This document shows positions 1 to 11,463 of a DNA stretch of 64,000 nt, piece after piece. The position numbers and the translations under genes were made by a program. The DNA lies in assembly GCA_041752275.1 (NCBI GenBank), contig JBGSHK010000012.1:18346-82345 (forward strand). Direction: 5' to 3'. The notes under the pieces were generated by a model, which had not been told where the DNA came from, ran no database searches, and worked only from the letters and a program-made list of their open reading frames with translations. The stretch comes from Minisyncoccia bacterium (lineage in GTDB: Bacteria; Patescibacteriota; Minisyncoccia; Phycocordibacterales; CAIZLB01). How positions within the stretch are numbered: position 1 is the first letter of the stretch; each line of letters opens with the position of its first letter.

Positions 1-232
1 TTTTAGGAGATTTATATAATCCCGAAATGTTAAATAGTGGTTTGTCTGATATATATACAAACTTTGATAATTTTACTGTTTCAGATGAAGGTATAAAATT
101 TATTTTTGGACAATATCAAGTTGCACCATATGCAGCAGGTCAGCCAGAAGTTTTTCTGAGTTGGTTGGAGTTAGAAAGTTTTTTAAAATAAAAATATCCT
201 CAGCAATAAATAATTTACTGAGGATATAGATG

Positions 233-475
233 TTAAAATTTAACATAACGACAAATTATTGAAGTAATTAAGTTAGCTTTTTCTCTGTTGTATATTCTAT
301 TTTCCATTACATCATACAATAAGTCTAATACCTCATCCCAGTCTCTTTGTGTCATCTTTATATTTCTATTTGCTGGTAGTTTCGGTATGATATCTGATAT
401 GAGAAATCTTTTAAAATCTCTATACATCACAGGGTATTTCTTGATTATAAACCTTACAAAACGTTGTGCTTTCAT
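233..475 (-). CDS. hypothetical small protein
   Basis: 80-aa ORF from the six-frame track. No recognisable motif. Confidence 0.3.
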   Translation of the reverse strand: MKAQRFVRFIIKKYPVMYRDFKRFLISDIIPKLPANRNIKMTQRDWDEVLDLLYDVMENRIYNREKANLITSIICRYVKF

Positions 476-595
476 TAAGTTACAGGGTGTTGACTAGATA
501 ACATTAACATATTTTGATAAAAATGAAACCCTATATAAAAAATAATCACCCATGTAAAGAGTGATTACTTTTTGTATTTAGTTTAAGTTAAGAAA

Positions 596-1903
<1,308 letters not shown>

Positions 1904-1946
1904 TTAAATTATTTATATAATAACTCATATATGATATCATATAAGT

Positions 1947-2291
1947 ATGAAATCATTCACTTTTTTATTGGTTTTGACAATATTTTTAACCCCTGTGGCA
2001 AGTAAAGCTTTGCCAACAAACTTTGGTGGACAAATTGTTGGAATATTTCCGTGTACATGTAGTGGCAATATGATTCTTTATGTTAGAGATGTAAGATTTC
2101 AAATCTTAACCTTGATCTATCAGCCGGGTGGAACTATTTTGTATAAAATGTATCAACCAAGACCTGTTGTTAATTCTCTTGGCAACTATACCCCCGGACT
2201 TGGAACATGTTGGTTTTATAGCGGTGATAGTTGTAAATTCGTACCTACTTTAGGTATGATACTTAGACTAGGAACCTCTTTATCTATATAA
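1947..2291 (+). CDS. hypothetical secreted/membrane-anchored protein
   Basis: N-terminal hydrophobic signal-like segment. No known domain recognised. Confidence 0.35.
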   Translation: MKSFTFLLVLTIFLTPVASKALPTNFGGQIVGIFPCTCSGNMILYVRDVRFQILTLIYQPGGTILYKMYQPRPVVNSLGNYTPGLGTCWFYSGDSCKFVPTLGMILRLGTSLSI

Positions 2292-2310
2292 AACATTTAT
2301 TTTTTAGAAA

Positions 2311-3348
2311 ATGTCTTTCATTCAAAAACTAAAACAAGATAAAAATCGACCACTTTTTGTTTTAGCTCCCATGGCTGACGTTACAGATGTAGCTTTTCGT
2401 ACCGTCATAGCTGAAGCAACATCACCCGACATCTTTTGGACCGAGTTTGTGTCTGCTGATGGTTTGATACGTGCGACAGAGATTGGAAAATATAAACTCA
2501 AGAAAGATTTATTGTTTGATAAAGAAAAACAACGTCCTATAATAGTACAGCTTTTTTCTTCTACATATCAATACATGTATGAGGCAACAAAACTTTGTAT
2601 AGAGTTAGGATTTGATGGTGTTGATATAAACATGGGTTGCCCAGATAAGTCTATAGAAAAACAAAAATGTGGTGCTGCTATGATAAAAAATCCAGATTTG
2701 GCTGTACAAGTTATCAAAGCTTGTCTCGACGCTAGGCGAGATTTTTGTATTGGTAGTGACAAGGCAGATTTTGCCGTGTCTGTAAAAACTCGAGTAGGAT
2801 ATAACTCTGTTGAGCTTGATAGTTGGATACCCCTTTTGCTTGAGCAAGAACTTGATCTCATAACCATACATGCTCGTACACGCAAAGAGATGTCTAAAGT
2901 TGAAGCTGACTGGTCTCATGTCAATACCGTTGTCAAGATGAGAGATGATTGGGCAGAGAAAAATCCAGATAAAACTTCACCACTTATCTTTGGAAATGGT
3001 GATGTGTTGAGTGTTGAAGATGGTTACAATAAATGTTTACAGTTTAATTCTGATGGTGCCATGATAGGACGAGCTATGTTTGGCAATCCATGGTTTTTTA
3101 AAGATATAGAAAATATTGGCACGGATGAAAAATTTACACCAAGTAGAGAAGTGAGATTAAAAACACTTCTAAGACAAGTTGAAGTTTTTGATAAGGAGTT
3201 AGGAGATGTGAAATCTTTTGCGGTGATGAAAAAGTTTTTTAAAACATATATGAATGGATTTGATGATGCAAAAGAGATAAGGGATAAGATTATGGGGATG
3301 GAGACGGCAGGTGAGGTTACAGAGTTTTTGAAAGAAAGTTTGCAGTAG
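2311..3348 (+). CDS. dus: tRNA-dihydrouridine synthase
   Basis: LAPMADVTDVAFR motif. TIM-barrel Dus-family layout, 345 aa. Confidence 0.85.
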   Translation: MSFIQKLKQDKNRPLFVLAPMADVTDVAFRTVIAEATSPDIFWTEFVSADGLIRATEIGKYKLKKDLLFDKEKQRPIIVQLFSSTYQYMYEATKLCIELGFDGVDINMGCPDKSIEKQKCGAAMIKNPDLAVQVIKACLDARRDFCIGSDKADFAVSVKTRVGYNSVELDSWIPLLLEQELDLITIHARTRKEMSKVEADWSHVNTVVKMRDDWAEKNPDKTSPLIFGNGDVLSVEDGYNKCLQFNSDGAMIGRAMFGNPWFFKDIENIGTDEKFTPSREVRLKTLLRQVEVFDKELGDVKSFAVMKKFFKTYMNGFDDAKEIRDKIMGMETAGEVTEFLKESLQ

Positions 3349-3447
3349 CTGGTTTGATTTTTTGTGTAAAATATGGTTAAATAACAAGCCCTAGACGCAA
3401 AGTAGCGTTTATAGATTTAACCTTACAATCCCTGAACATTATATATT

Positions 3448-3924
3448 ATGACTGGAAGAAAAATTATTGAAGTGAACTATGAGATGCCTTTTGAAGGAAT
3501 GCTGGTTTTGGCTGGTGTTCCTAAGTATCAAAGGGAGAAAATTTTCAAACAACTTGAATCCAAGAGTGTTGAGTTTGAATTTAAGACCAAAAGGTTGTTT
3601 GAAGTCGATGATGTTCACTTCAACACACCAATACTTTCCCACAGTGCATCAAAACTCATTCGTGCTACATCAACTTGTGAGACTGAATGGAAACCTTTCG
3701 ATATTGAACATTTGTTGGCATATTACATGAAAAATCCTGCAAAGTTTAAAACAGGTTTCGTTTTTGCTTCAAAAAAGGTTTACAACGTTGAAGGTGTACC
3801 TCATATTTTCATGATGGGAACAGACAAAGGTCATGCTGATCTTGAGTTGGTCAAAGATGACCGTCCTTGGGTGGCTATCACCTCAAATTTTCCCAAATAC
3901 CACAGACTACCAAAAGCAGCTTAA
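3448..3924 (+). CDS. hypothetical protein
   Basis: 158-aa ORF in a coding-dense stretch. No motif recognised. Confidence 0.4.
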   Translation: MTGRKIIEVNYEMPFEGMLVLAGVPKYQREKIFKQLESKSVEFEFKTKRLFEVDDVHFNTPILSHSASKLIRATSTCETEWKPFDIEHLLAYYMKNPAKFKTGFVFASKKVYNVEGVPHIFMMGTDKGHADLELVKDDRPWVAITSNFPKYHRLPKAA

Positions 3925-3997
3925 TAACTGCAAACCTCCCACCCAGGATCTCCTGGTGTGGGTTGTTTTTCTTTGTAACGTAGACTAAAATCAAACT

Positions 3998-4444
3998 ATG
4001 AATTATTGGCTCATGAAATCAGAAGGAGATTGCTATCCTATAGATCAACTTAAAAAAGATAAGACTACCGCATGGAGTGGTGTACGTAACTATCAAGCAC
4101 GTAACTATATGAAAGATATGAAAGTTGGTGACATGATTTTGTTTTATCATTCAAGTACTAAACCTATCGGTGTTTACGGTTTAGCTCGTGTTATAAAAGA
4201 AGCACATACAGACATAACTGCATTTGATAGAAGAGATGATCATTATGACGAAAGATCAAAACCTGAGAAACCTATATGGGAATGTGTTGATGTAGAATAT
4301 GTATCGACATTTACAAAACCAAAAACCCTCGATGATATGAAAAGACATCCTGAGCTATCGACCATGAAATTATTTCAAAAAGGATCTAGATTGTCGGTTA
4401 TACCAGTGACAGAGAAGGAGTATAAGTTTATTGTTAGTTTATAA
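3998..4444 (+). CDS. EVE (PUA-like) domain protein
   Basis: Opening WLMKSEGDCYPIDQL...WSGVRNYQARNYMKDMKVGDMILFYHS matches the EVE-domain consensus. Confidence 0.7.
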   Translation: MNYWLMKSEGDCYPIDQLKKDKTTAWSGVRNYQARNYMKDMKVGDMILFYHSSTKPIGVYGLARVIKEAHTDITAFDRRDDHYDERSKPEKPIWECVDVEYVSTFTKPKTLDDMKRHPELSTMKLFQKGSRLSVIPVTEKEYKFIVSL

Positions 4445-4573
4445 ACGACACAGGGTGAGTAAAATGAACATAAATGTTCATTTTCCAACTAAGAAGTTTA
4501 CTTTATGAAAAATTTAGCTTTTCTTTAACTTTTCTTTATAAAAATTTTATGATCCAGTTGGTATTATTGGGGT

Positions 4574-4975
4574 ATGAATAACAAAAATTATGATGAATGG
4601 AATATACTCAAGAAAAAGATAAATTTTATATATAATAACCCTTTTCATGCAAAAGTAAGAGAGGTTTGGTGGGTTAATATTGGTTTGAATATAGGTTCTG
4701 AGATATACGGAAAAGGATTTTATTATGTAAGGCCGGTTTTAGTCATCAAGGTTGATGATAAAAGATTTATCGGTCTTCCTTTGTCTTCAAAAATCAAGAA
4801 AAGTAAAAATACGATACGTATTTATACAGATGATTTGAAATATCATTCTGTTATTTTAAATCAAGTAAAAACTTTTGATAATAAGAGGTTGGTAAAAAGA
4901 AAGTATATCTTATCAAGAAATGTCTTTAAGAAATTGGTTAGAAAGTTTAAAAATATGATAACCGCTGACTATTAA
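4574..4975 (+). CDS. PemK/MazF/EndoA-family endoribonuclease toxin (type II TA toxin), no adjacent antitoxin
   Basis: GSEIYGKGFYYVRPVLVIKVDD and SVILNQVKTFDNKRL align with B. subtilis EndoA (GSEQGGVRPVLVIQND, SVILLEQIRTIDKQRL). Confidence 0.7.
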   Translation: MNNKNYDEWNILKKKINFIYNNPFHAKVREVWWVNIGLNIGSEIYGKGFYYVRPVLVIKVDDKRFIGLPLSSKIKKSKNTIRIYTDDLKYHSVILNQVKTFDNKRLVKRKYILSRNVFKKLVRKFKNMITADY

Positions 4976-5075
4976 TCAACAGTTATCCGGCCCGAGGGCA
5001 TAAGAGGATTATACCTCTTTATTTGCATTATACTCCCGAGCATTCTAAAGTCAAATTTGTTATAATACTACTCAT

Positions 5076-5999
5076 ATGTCAGAACACACATCATTATATA
5101 GAAAATACAGACCTACAACTTTTGCTGATGTTTTAGGTCAAGATCATATAGTTTCTGTATTACAAAAAGCTATTGAAAATAAAAATCCAAACCACGCATA
5201 CATATTTACAGGCTCTCGAGGTGTTGGTAAAACATCTATTGCACGTATATTTGCAAGAGAGCTTGGAGTAAACGAAGCTGATATCTATGAGATAGATGCA
5301 GCGTCGTACACTGGAGTTGATAACATCAGAGAGCTGATAGAAAGTGCTACGGTGCTTCCGATGCAGTCTCCTTATAAAGTTTATATACTCGATGAAGTTC
5401 ACATGCTTTCTAAGAATGCTTTCAATGCATTCCTAAAGGGACTTGAAGAACCACCAAAGCATGTCATCTATATATTGGCGACAACAGAGCTCAACAAACT
5501 TTTGGATACAATTATATCTCGTTGTGAAGTTCACAATTTTAAAAAACCATCTATCGACATACTGTCTCAAGTTGTTTCGGACGTTGTCAAGAAAGAAGGT
5601 TTATCTATAGATGATGAATCAACAAAACTTATAGCCATGAGTGGTGACGAATCTTTTCGTGATACACTTTCAGTTTTACAAAAAGTTATAGCGTCTGTTG
5701 ATGGAAAAAAGATAGAGAACATAGAACATATTTTAAATATACCTGATATAAGTTTGATTGATGAGATTATTGAGAAGAATATAAAAGGTGAGGCTGTTTT
5801 TGAAAATATAGATAAATTAAAACAAAATAACGCAGATGGAAAAATAGTTTATGATTTGTTTATGGATAGATTAAGGGTGAAGTTAAGAGAGGGGAAGGAT
5901 AAGGAAAAAGTTTTGGTCCTGTTTGCTAAGGCTTTGGAAAATTATCGACATGTCAGATTTGTCGATGCGTTTTTGGTGTTGGAGGTTGTGTGTGGGTAA
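5076..5999 (+). CDS. dnaX: DNA polymerase III subunit gamma/tau, short form
   Basis: YRPTTFADVLGQDHIV...NHAYIFTGSRGVGKTS (clamp-loader Walker A) and DEVHML box. Extended -10 TGTTATAAT just upstream. Confidence 0.8.
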   Translation: MSEHTSLYRKYRPTTFADVLGQDHIVSVLQKAIENKNPNHAYIFTGSRGVGKTSIARIFARELGVNEADIYEIDAASYTGVDNIRELIESATVLPMQSPYKVYILDEVHMLSKNAFNAFLKGLEEPPKHVIYILATTELNKLLDTIISRCEVHNFKKPSIDILSQVVSDVVKKEGLSIDDESTKLIAMSGDESFRDTLSVLQKVIASVDGKKIENIEHILNIPDISLIDEIIEKNIKGEAVFENIDKLKQNNADGKIVYDLFMDRLRVKLREGKDKEKVLVLFAKALENYRHVRFVDAFLVLEVVCG

Positions 6000-6020
6000 T
6001 TAAGGGGGTATAATTTTTAT

Positions 6021-6734
6021 ATGAAAAATAATCAAAATGGTTTTATTGGAATCGCAATAATTATTATTATAGCTCTTGTTGCTGTAGGCGGTGGAACGTA
6101 TGTTTACACTCAACAAAAAATGAATACTAACATTGACTCTGGTATTGAAGTAGAAACAAATTCTACATCAACTACTACAACAAATAGTATGCAAAAAAAT
6201 CTTGAAGAAGCAAAGGATAATCTTAATGCCTCAGTCGGAAAGAACTTGGTTACAGAAGCAAGTGTTAGAAAAGATTCAAAAGGAAATCCTATACCTGCTC
6301 TAATTGTAGATCCTGATGTTGCTGCAGAAATTGTTATAGAAAAATATGGGTCAAACCCTGCATACTTTCGTCAGTTGATAAAAGTACAGCTGATGGCTAT
6401 GGCAGCAGGACTTCAGGCTGAGGCATCTCAAATTAAGAGTAAAAATGGTTCATACGCAAGTGTGTGCGAGAGAGCAGGACCTTTTTTATATGAACGAGCA
6501 AATGAAAATTTGAATTATGATGATGAACTTACCCAAAGTATGAATAAAAGTTTGAATATTACTATTGATAGTTACCGAATAAATGAACTTGTATGTAAGT
6601 CAAATGATTCTGGTTTTGTTGCAACGGTACCACTAACCCTGGAAGATGGAACAGTCACAAAGATGTGTATGAGTAACAAAGGATCTGCATACAATGAAGC
6701 AAATTTTGAAACTCTAACTTGTGTAAAAAAATAA
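6021..6734 (+). CDS. hypothetical membrane-anchored protein
   Basis: Single N-terminal TM helix, then a Ser/Thr-rich linker and a Cys-containing globular part. Confidence 0.4.
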   Translation: MKNNQNGFIGIAIIIIIALVAVGGGTYVYTQQKMNTNIDSGIEVETNSTSTTTTNSMQKNLEEAKDNLNASVGKNLVTEASVRKDSKGNPIPALIVDPDVAAEIVIEKYGSNPAYFRQLIKVQLMAMAAGLQAEASQIKSKNGSYASVCERAGPFLYERANENLNYDDELTQSMNKSLNITIDSYRINELVCKSNDSGFVATVPLTLEDGTVTKMCMSNKGSAYNEANFETLTCVKK

Positions 6735-6769
6735 TTTGGTTGACTAAACCACTAAACTCGAATAATAAA

Positions 6770-6806
6770 ATAAGACCATTCTTTCCTTGAATGGTCTTAT
6801 TTTTTA
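6770..6806. terminator. bidirectional rho-independent terminator
   Basis: 11-bp stem ATAAGACCATT/AATGGTCTTAT. A-run before and T-run after. Lies between convergent genes. Confidence 0.6.
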
Positions 6807-6816
6807 TGAGAGTTTT

Positions 6817-8835
6817 CTATGCAAACAGAATCACCGGAATAATAATCGGTCGCTTATTCGTCTCCCTAAAGATAAACTTACCCAGTGTATCAGTCGTCAC
6901 ATCCTTAACATAATCCAAGTCTGGTGCATTTCTTGTATCATACACAGCCTTCTCTATAGTTGTACGAACAGTAGTTCTGATCTCACGTAGTAACTCTTGT
7001 GACTCTCTAAGATAAACCGACCCACGAGATATAATATCAGGTGACTTTATAAGACGTCCTGACATCGGGTTAAGCATAGCAACTACAACGAAGATTCCAT
7101 CTTCGGCAAGTATTTGTCTATCTCTTAAAACCACATCTTGTATATCACCAACAGTAAATCCATCAACGATAACAACATTGTCCGGTGCTTTTACTGGAAG
7201 CTTAACAAACTTAGTTCCTCCATCTTGTATCTCAAGAATATTACAGTCATCAGCTATGATTATATTTTCTCTTGGCATACCAAGTTGCATTGCAAGATCA
7301 GCGTGAAGTTTTACATGATAATGATGTCCATGCATAGGCATAAAAAACTTTGGATTCATTTTTCTATGTAACCACTCTATCTCACCACGGTTAGCATGCC
7401 CTGTAGCGTGGATGAATACATCTGACGAACGATAATGCATAATGTTAGCACCTGATCTAGCAATATGATCTTTCATCTTTTGTACAACTCTTTCATTTCC
7501 AGGAATAATAGATGAAGAAAGTAATACAGTATCTCTGTCTGTTATTTGAACATATTTATGTTGCTTACTTGCTATACGCATAAGTGCAGCAAACTCATCA
7601 CCTTGAGCACCAGTTGCTATGATAACGATCTTATCAGGTGAATAGTTAACCATATCTTGCGCATTGATAACAGTCTCTTTTTTTATCTTAAGCATTCCTG
7701 CCTGTATCATGATATCGATATTGTTCTTAAGTGAACGACCTTCAATAACAAGTTTCTTGCCATATCTTTCACAAGATTCTGCAATCTTTGCTATACGGAA
7801 AAAGTGTGAAGCAAACATACCTATAATAAGTCTTCCTTTTATGTCTTTTATGGTTTGTTCCAATCCTTCATGTACTGATGACTCTGGTGTAGAAAAACCA
7901 GGGTTCTCTATGTTAGTTGATTCTCCAAGTAGACAAAGAACATTTTTACCATCAAATATTTTATAGTTTTCTTCTTCTTCATCTGTTGGTTTTCCGTCAA
8001 TATGATCTAACTTAAAGTCTCCGGGTGTTGTTATATATCCATATGGTGTATCAAATATAATACCCATAGAGTCAGGTATAGAGTGAGTTACACCGTAAAA
8101 CTTAACTGATGTTTTACCTATTATTATTGATTCATTACCTTCTATTATTTTAAAATCTATTGCAGGAACATGAGGGAACTCAGCTTGACGTTTTTTAAGC
8201 ATCAAAGATGTTAGGTTGCGAGTATACACTGGTGGCATACCTATTTTTTCTATTATATAAGGAATGGCACCGATATGGTCCAAGTGACCATGAGTTACTA
8301 TCATAGCTCGCACTTTATGTTTTCTTTCTTCTAAGTATTTTGTGTTTGGAAGAATATAGTCTATACCCGGTGTAGCTTCTTCTTTGAACTTAAAACCAGC
8401 GTCGATAACTATGATGTCATGTTCATTTTCAAAAACAGTCATGTTCATACCTATCTCTTCAACTCCACCAAGTGGTATGATACGGAATGTATCAGGTGCA
8501 ACGTCAGGTATATTGTGTTTTACACCATGTTTTATTTGACTTGCAGAACCTATGTTTGGTCTTGATCGGGGCATACTGAAGCGTTTTACTCCAGGTTTTT
8601 TCATCTTGATACCAGTTAAATCACCGGCCGCATTTGCTGAAAATGTATCACTCATGTTCAACTTATTGTCTTGTCTTCTTGTTATAACAGGAGGTTTAGC
8701 AACTGGTCTTTGTAATGTATTATGTGCAGGTCTTGTATGACTTACAGGTAAATTCTTTTTTAAACCACCATGATAAACCCTTGAAGGTGCTTTTGGAAAA
8801 CCTCCTGTATTTTTATTTGTATTATTTTCGTTCAT
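6817..8835 (-). CDS. rnj: ribonuclease J (metallo-beta-lactamase/beta-CASP) with a roughly 120-aa basic N-terminal extension
   Basis: IIPLGGVEEIGMNM and HGHLDHIGA motifs. RNase J length and domain order. The true start may lie further in. Confidence 0.85.
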   Translation of the reverse strand: MNENNTNKNTGGFPKAPSRVYHGGLKKNLPVSHTRPAHNTLQRPVAKPPVITRRQDNKLNMSDTFSANAAGDLTGIKMKKPGVKRFSMPRSRPNIGSASQIKHGVKHNIPDVAPDTFRIIPLGGVEEIGMNMTVFENEHDIIVIDAGFKFKEEATPGIDYILPNTKYLEERKHKVRAMIVTHGHLDHIGAIPYIIEKIGMPPVYTRNLTSLMLKKRQAEFPHVPAIDFKIIEGNESIIIGKTSVKFYGVTHSIPDSMGIIFDTPYGYITTPGDFKLDHIDGKPTDEEEENYKIFDGKNVLCLLGESTNIENPGFSTPESSVHEGLEQTIKDIKGRLIIGMFASHFFRIAKIAESCERYGKKLVIEGRSLKNNIDIMIQAGMLKIKKETVINAQDMVNYSPDKIVIIATGAQGDEFAALMRIASKQHKYVQITDRDTVLLSSSIIPGNERVVQKMKDHIARSGANIMHYRSSDVFIHATGHANRGEIEWLHRKMNPKFFMPMHGHHYHVKLHADLAMQLGMPRENIIIADDCNILEIQDGGTKFVKLPVKAPDNVVIVDGFTVGDIQDVVLRDRQILAEDGIFVVVAMLNPMSGRLIKSPDIISRGSVYLRESQELLREIRTTVRTTIEKAVYDTRNAPDLDYVKDVTTDTLGKFIFRETNKRPIIIPVILFA

Positions 8836-8934
8836 TTTTTTATTTTGTTTTAATTAACCTTGAATTATCTGTAAAGAGTTACAGTTCAAAATTTGTATAA
8901 TTAGTAACAATTAAAATATTCTCAGATCAACAAA

Positions 8935-9180
8935 CTATTGCCATAGATCAACCAATACTGAAGCTACAAATAATATAGATATTATTATAGTAAAGTAAAA
9001 GATGAATTTCTCAGCTCCGCGACGGGTGTGAAAATTTGCATTACCACCACCACCGAAAGAACCTCCGGCATCAGACTCTGTTTGTTGTATCAATACAAGT
9101 ATTACCATCAATATAGCTAGAAATATCTGTATATAAGGGAGAATGTTTAGAATAACTGTTAACATGTTTAGAGTATACAC
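8935..9180 (-). CDS. secG: preprotein translocase subunit SecG
   Basis: Two TM helices separated by a Gly-rich GGSFGGGGNANF loop, typical of SecG. Confidence 0.75.
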   Translation of the reverse strand: MYTLNMLTVILNILPYIQIFLAILMVILVLIQQTESDAGGSFGGGGNANFHTRRGAEKFIFYFTIIISILFVASVLVDLWQ

Positions 9181-9267
9181 TAGATGTTATCTTTTGAAAA
9201 GGGGAGTAAAGTATTTACGAATAATACAATTTTTGCAATTTTCTCAAAAATATGTCAAAATCATGCA

Positions 9268-11085
9268 ATGACTCAAAATAACTCAAATGATATAAGAAAT
9301 ATTGCAATCATAGCCCACGTGGACCACGGTAAGACAACTCTTGTTGACGCCATGCTTCACTATACTGGTGCTATAAAAGAAGGTGCAGGGTCTATGGACT
9401 CTAACTCTATCGAACAAGAAAGAGGTATTACTATATATGCTAAAAATGCATCACTTACGTACAAAGGTCATAAGATAAACATTGTAGATACACCAGGTCA
9501 CGCCGACTTCGGTTCAGAGGTAGAGCGCGTTCTTCGTTCTATTGATACTGTTTTGCTTTTAGTTGATGCACAAGAGGGACCTATGCCTCAAACACGTTTC
9601 GTGTTGAAAAAGTCTTTAGAGCTTGGTTTAAGTCCGATCATTATTATGAACAAGTTGGATAAACCTGCTGCTGATCCTCAAAAAGTTCATGATGAGATTT
9701 TAGAACTATTTATAGAGCTTGGTGCTAACGACGCACAACTTGATTTCCCGGTTGTATATGCTATCGGACGCGATGCTGTTGCTAAAAAAGAATTAACAGA
9801 TGAATTTGTTAATCTTGACCCACTTTTCGATGAAATACTTTCACATGTTGAAGCTGCTAAACCATCACGTACTGACGATGTGTTTGTTGCTCAACCTTTC
9901 AACCTTGCATATGATAACTTTCTTGGACGTATGGCACTTTGCCGTGTGTGGAACGGATCTATGGAGATAAACAAAACTGTTCATGTTTTAAATAATGAAA
10001 AACCAGCAAGAACAGGAAAGATTATAAAAATATATTCTTTCGAGGGTCAGTCAAAGGTTGAAGTAGAAAAAGCATCTGTAGGTGACATAGTTATGGTGGC
10101 TGGACTTACAGATATATATATCGGAGAAACTATAACTTCAGATCCAACTGTTGAGCCTTTGAAGTCTATAGGTATAGACGAACCAACTATTGCTCTAAAC
10201 TTTTTGGTTAACAACTCACCATTTGCAGGAAAAGATGGTAAATATGTTACGTCCCGTCAAATCAGAGACAGACTAGAAAAAGAACTTGAAGTAAACGTTG
10301 GACTTAAGGTTGATTTTGATGGAAGTACAGGAGATACTTTCAAAGTATATGGACGTGGAGAATTACACATTGCTGTTCTTCTAGAGCAGATGAGACGTGA
10401 AGGTTTTGAAGTTCAGGTTTCAAATCCGGAGGTTATTACAAAGATGGTTGATAACAGACTTAACGAACCTTTTGAAGAAGTTGTGATCGACGTTCCTCAA
10501 GAGTTTTCAGGAGCTGTTATTGAAAAGCTTGGAAAGAGAAAAGCTATCATGACACAGATGAGTGAGAGAAACGGTATATCAAGACTTGTGTTTGAGATGC
10601 CAACGAGAGGTTTACTTGGTTACAGAGGTCAGTTTACTATCGACACTAAAGGTGAAGGTATTCTTTCATCAAGATTTATCGAGTTTAGACAACATGTTGG
10701 TGTGATCGAGAAAAGAGAAGTTGGTTCTATGGTTTCTATGGAAAACGGAAAGGCACTTACTTTCGCTCTTGGAAACCTGCAAACTCGTGGAGTATTATAC
10801 ATCATCGCTCAAACTGAAGTTTATGCAGGTATGGTTGTTGGTAACACATCAAAAGGAGAGGAGATGGAGGTTAACCCAACTAAAGCAAAGCAACTTACAA
10901 ACATGCGTGCATCAGGAACTGACGATGCTATATTGCTTGTGCCTCCATATCTTATAACTATCGAGAGGGGACTAGAGATTATGCAAGATGATGAATACCT
11001 TGAGATCACACCAAACAATGTTCGTCTAAGAAAAAGATATTTAACAAAGACGGATAGAGAAATGGCAAAGAAAAAGGCTCAATAA
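9268..11085 (+). CDS. typA: translational GTPase TypA/BipA
   Basis: IRNIAIIAHVDHGKTTLVDAML G1 motif, DTPGHADF, about 600 aa with a BipA C-terminal domain. Start moved to the ATG at 9268, because the ORF-track start at 9184 would abut secG. Confidence 0.9.
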   Translation: MTQNNSNDIRNIAIIAHVDHGKTTLVDAMLHYTGAIKEGAGSMDSNSIEQERGITIYAKNASLTYKGHKINIVDTPGHADFGSEVERVLRSIDTVLLLVDAQEGPMPQTRFVLKKSLELGLSPIIIMNKLDKPAADPQKVHDEILELFIELGANDAQLDFPVVYAIGRDAVAKKELTDEFVNLDPLFDEILSHVEAAKPSRTDDVFVAQPFNLAYDNFLGRMALCRVWNGSMEINKTVHVLNNEKPARTGKIIKIYSFEGQSKVEVEKASVGDIVMVAGLTDIYIGETITSDPTVEPLKSIGIDEPTIALNFLVNNSPFAGKDGKYVTSRQIRDRLEKELEVNVGLKVDFDGSTGDTFKVYGRGELHIAVLLEQMRREGFEVQVSNPEVITKMVDNRLNEPFEEVVIDVPQEFSGAVIEKLGKRKAIMTQMSERNGISRLVFEMPTRGLLGYRGQFTIDTKGEGILSSRFIEFRQHVGVIEKREVGSMVSMENGKALTFALGNLQTRGVLYIIAQTEVYAGMVVGNTSKGEEMEVNPTKAKQLTNMRASGTDDAILLVPPYLITIERGLEIMQDDEYLEITPNNVRLRKRYLTKTDREMAKKKAQ

Positions 11086-11150
11086 TTTTTAAGAAAGAAG
11101 CGTCCAGAGATGGCGTTTTTTTTTGATTATTATTTACCCACAAAGTTTCC

Positions 11151-11179
11151 TTGACTATACCCCCTAGGGGGTATATGAT
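11151..11179 (+). promoter_or_regulatory. sigma70-like promoter with a CsoR-type operator in its spacer
   Basis: -35 TTGACT (11151-11156) and -10 TATGAT (11174-11179), 17-nt spacing. The perfect palindrome TATACCCCCTAGGGGGTATA (11156-11175) fills the spacer. Confidence 0.65.
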
Positions 11180-11186
11180 ATTAAAC

Positions 11187-11450
11187 ATGACAATAGAAAA
11201 ACAAAAATTAATAAATCGCTTGAAAATCATAGAAGGGCAGATAAGAGGGATTCAAGATATGATAGAAAAAGATTCCTATTGTATTGATGTTATAACTCAA
11301 GCGTCTGCTGTTAAACAAGGTATGTCAAATGTTGAGGATAAATTGCTTGAGCATCATTTGAGTCATTGTTTGGTAAATCAAATCAAACAAGGTAAAACCA
11401 AACAGGCTACAGAAGAAATTATTAAAGTTTATAGATTAAAAAGAAAATAA
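11187..11450 (+). CDS. csoR: CsoR/RcnR-family metal-sensing transcriptional repressor (DUF156)
   Basis: LKIIEGQIRGIQDMIE..YCIDVITQASAVKQGMSNV...HHLSHC carries the C-H-C metal ligands of CsoR. First gene of the copper operon. Confidence 0.8.
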   Translation: MTIEKQKLINRLKIIEGQIRGIQDMIEKDSYCIDVITQASAVKQGMSNVEDKLLEHHLSHCLVNQIKQGKTKQATEEIIKVYRLKRK

Positions 11451-11463
11451 AATAAATAAAAAC

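Noticed and set aside
2568-2919. Antisense ORFs inside dus, and similar antisense ORFs inside copA, typA, RNase J, lepA and others
   Set aside because: They lie fully within well-supported genes on the opposite strand and have low-complexity composition, so they are not called.
4976-5075. SRP (4.5S) RNA upstream of dnaX, as in E. coli/B. subtilis
   Set aside because: The 100-bp gap lacks the conserved domain IV GGAA/AGCA symmetric-loop motif. It contains only a promoter-like extended -10.
6021-6100. Type IV pilin-like N-terminus (GFIGIAIIIIIALVAVGGG)
   Set aside because: It lacks the G-F/M-x-x-x-E prepilin cleavage motif (no Glu at +5). It was called a generic membrane anchor.
11086-11130. 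Strong terminator after typA
   Set aside because: There is a 9-T run, but the preceding stem (CGTC/GGCG with a wobble) is weak. It is mentioned only and not listed as a confident feature.
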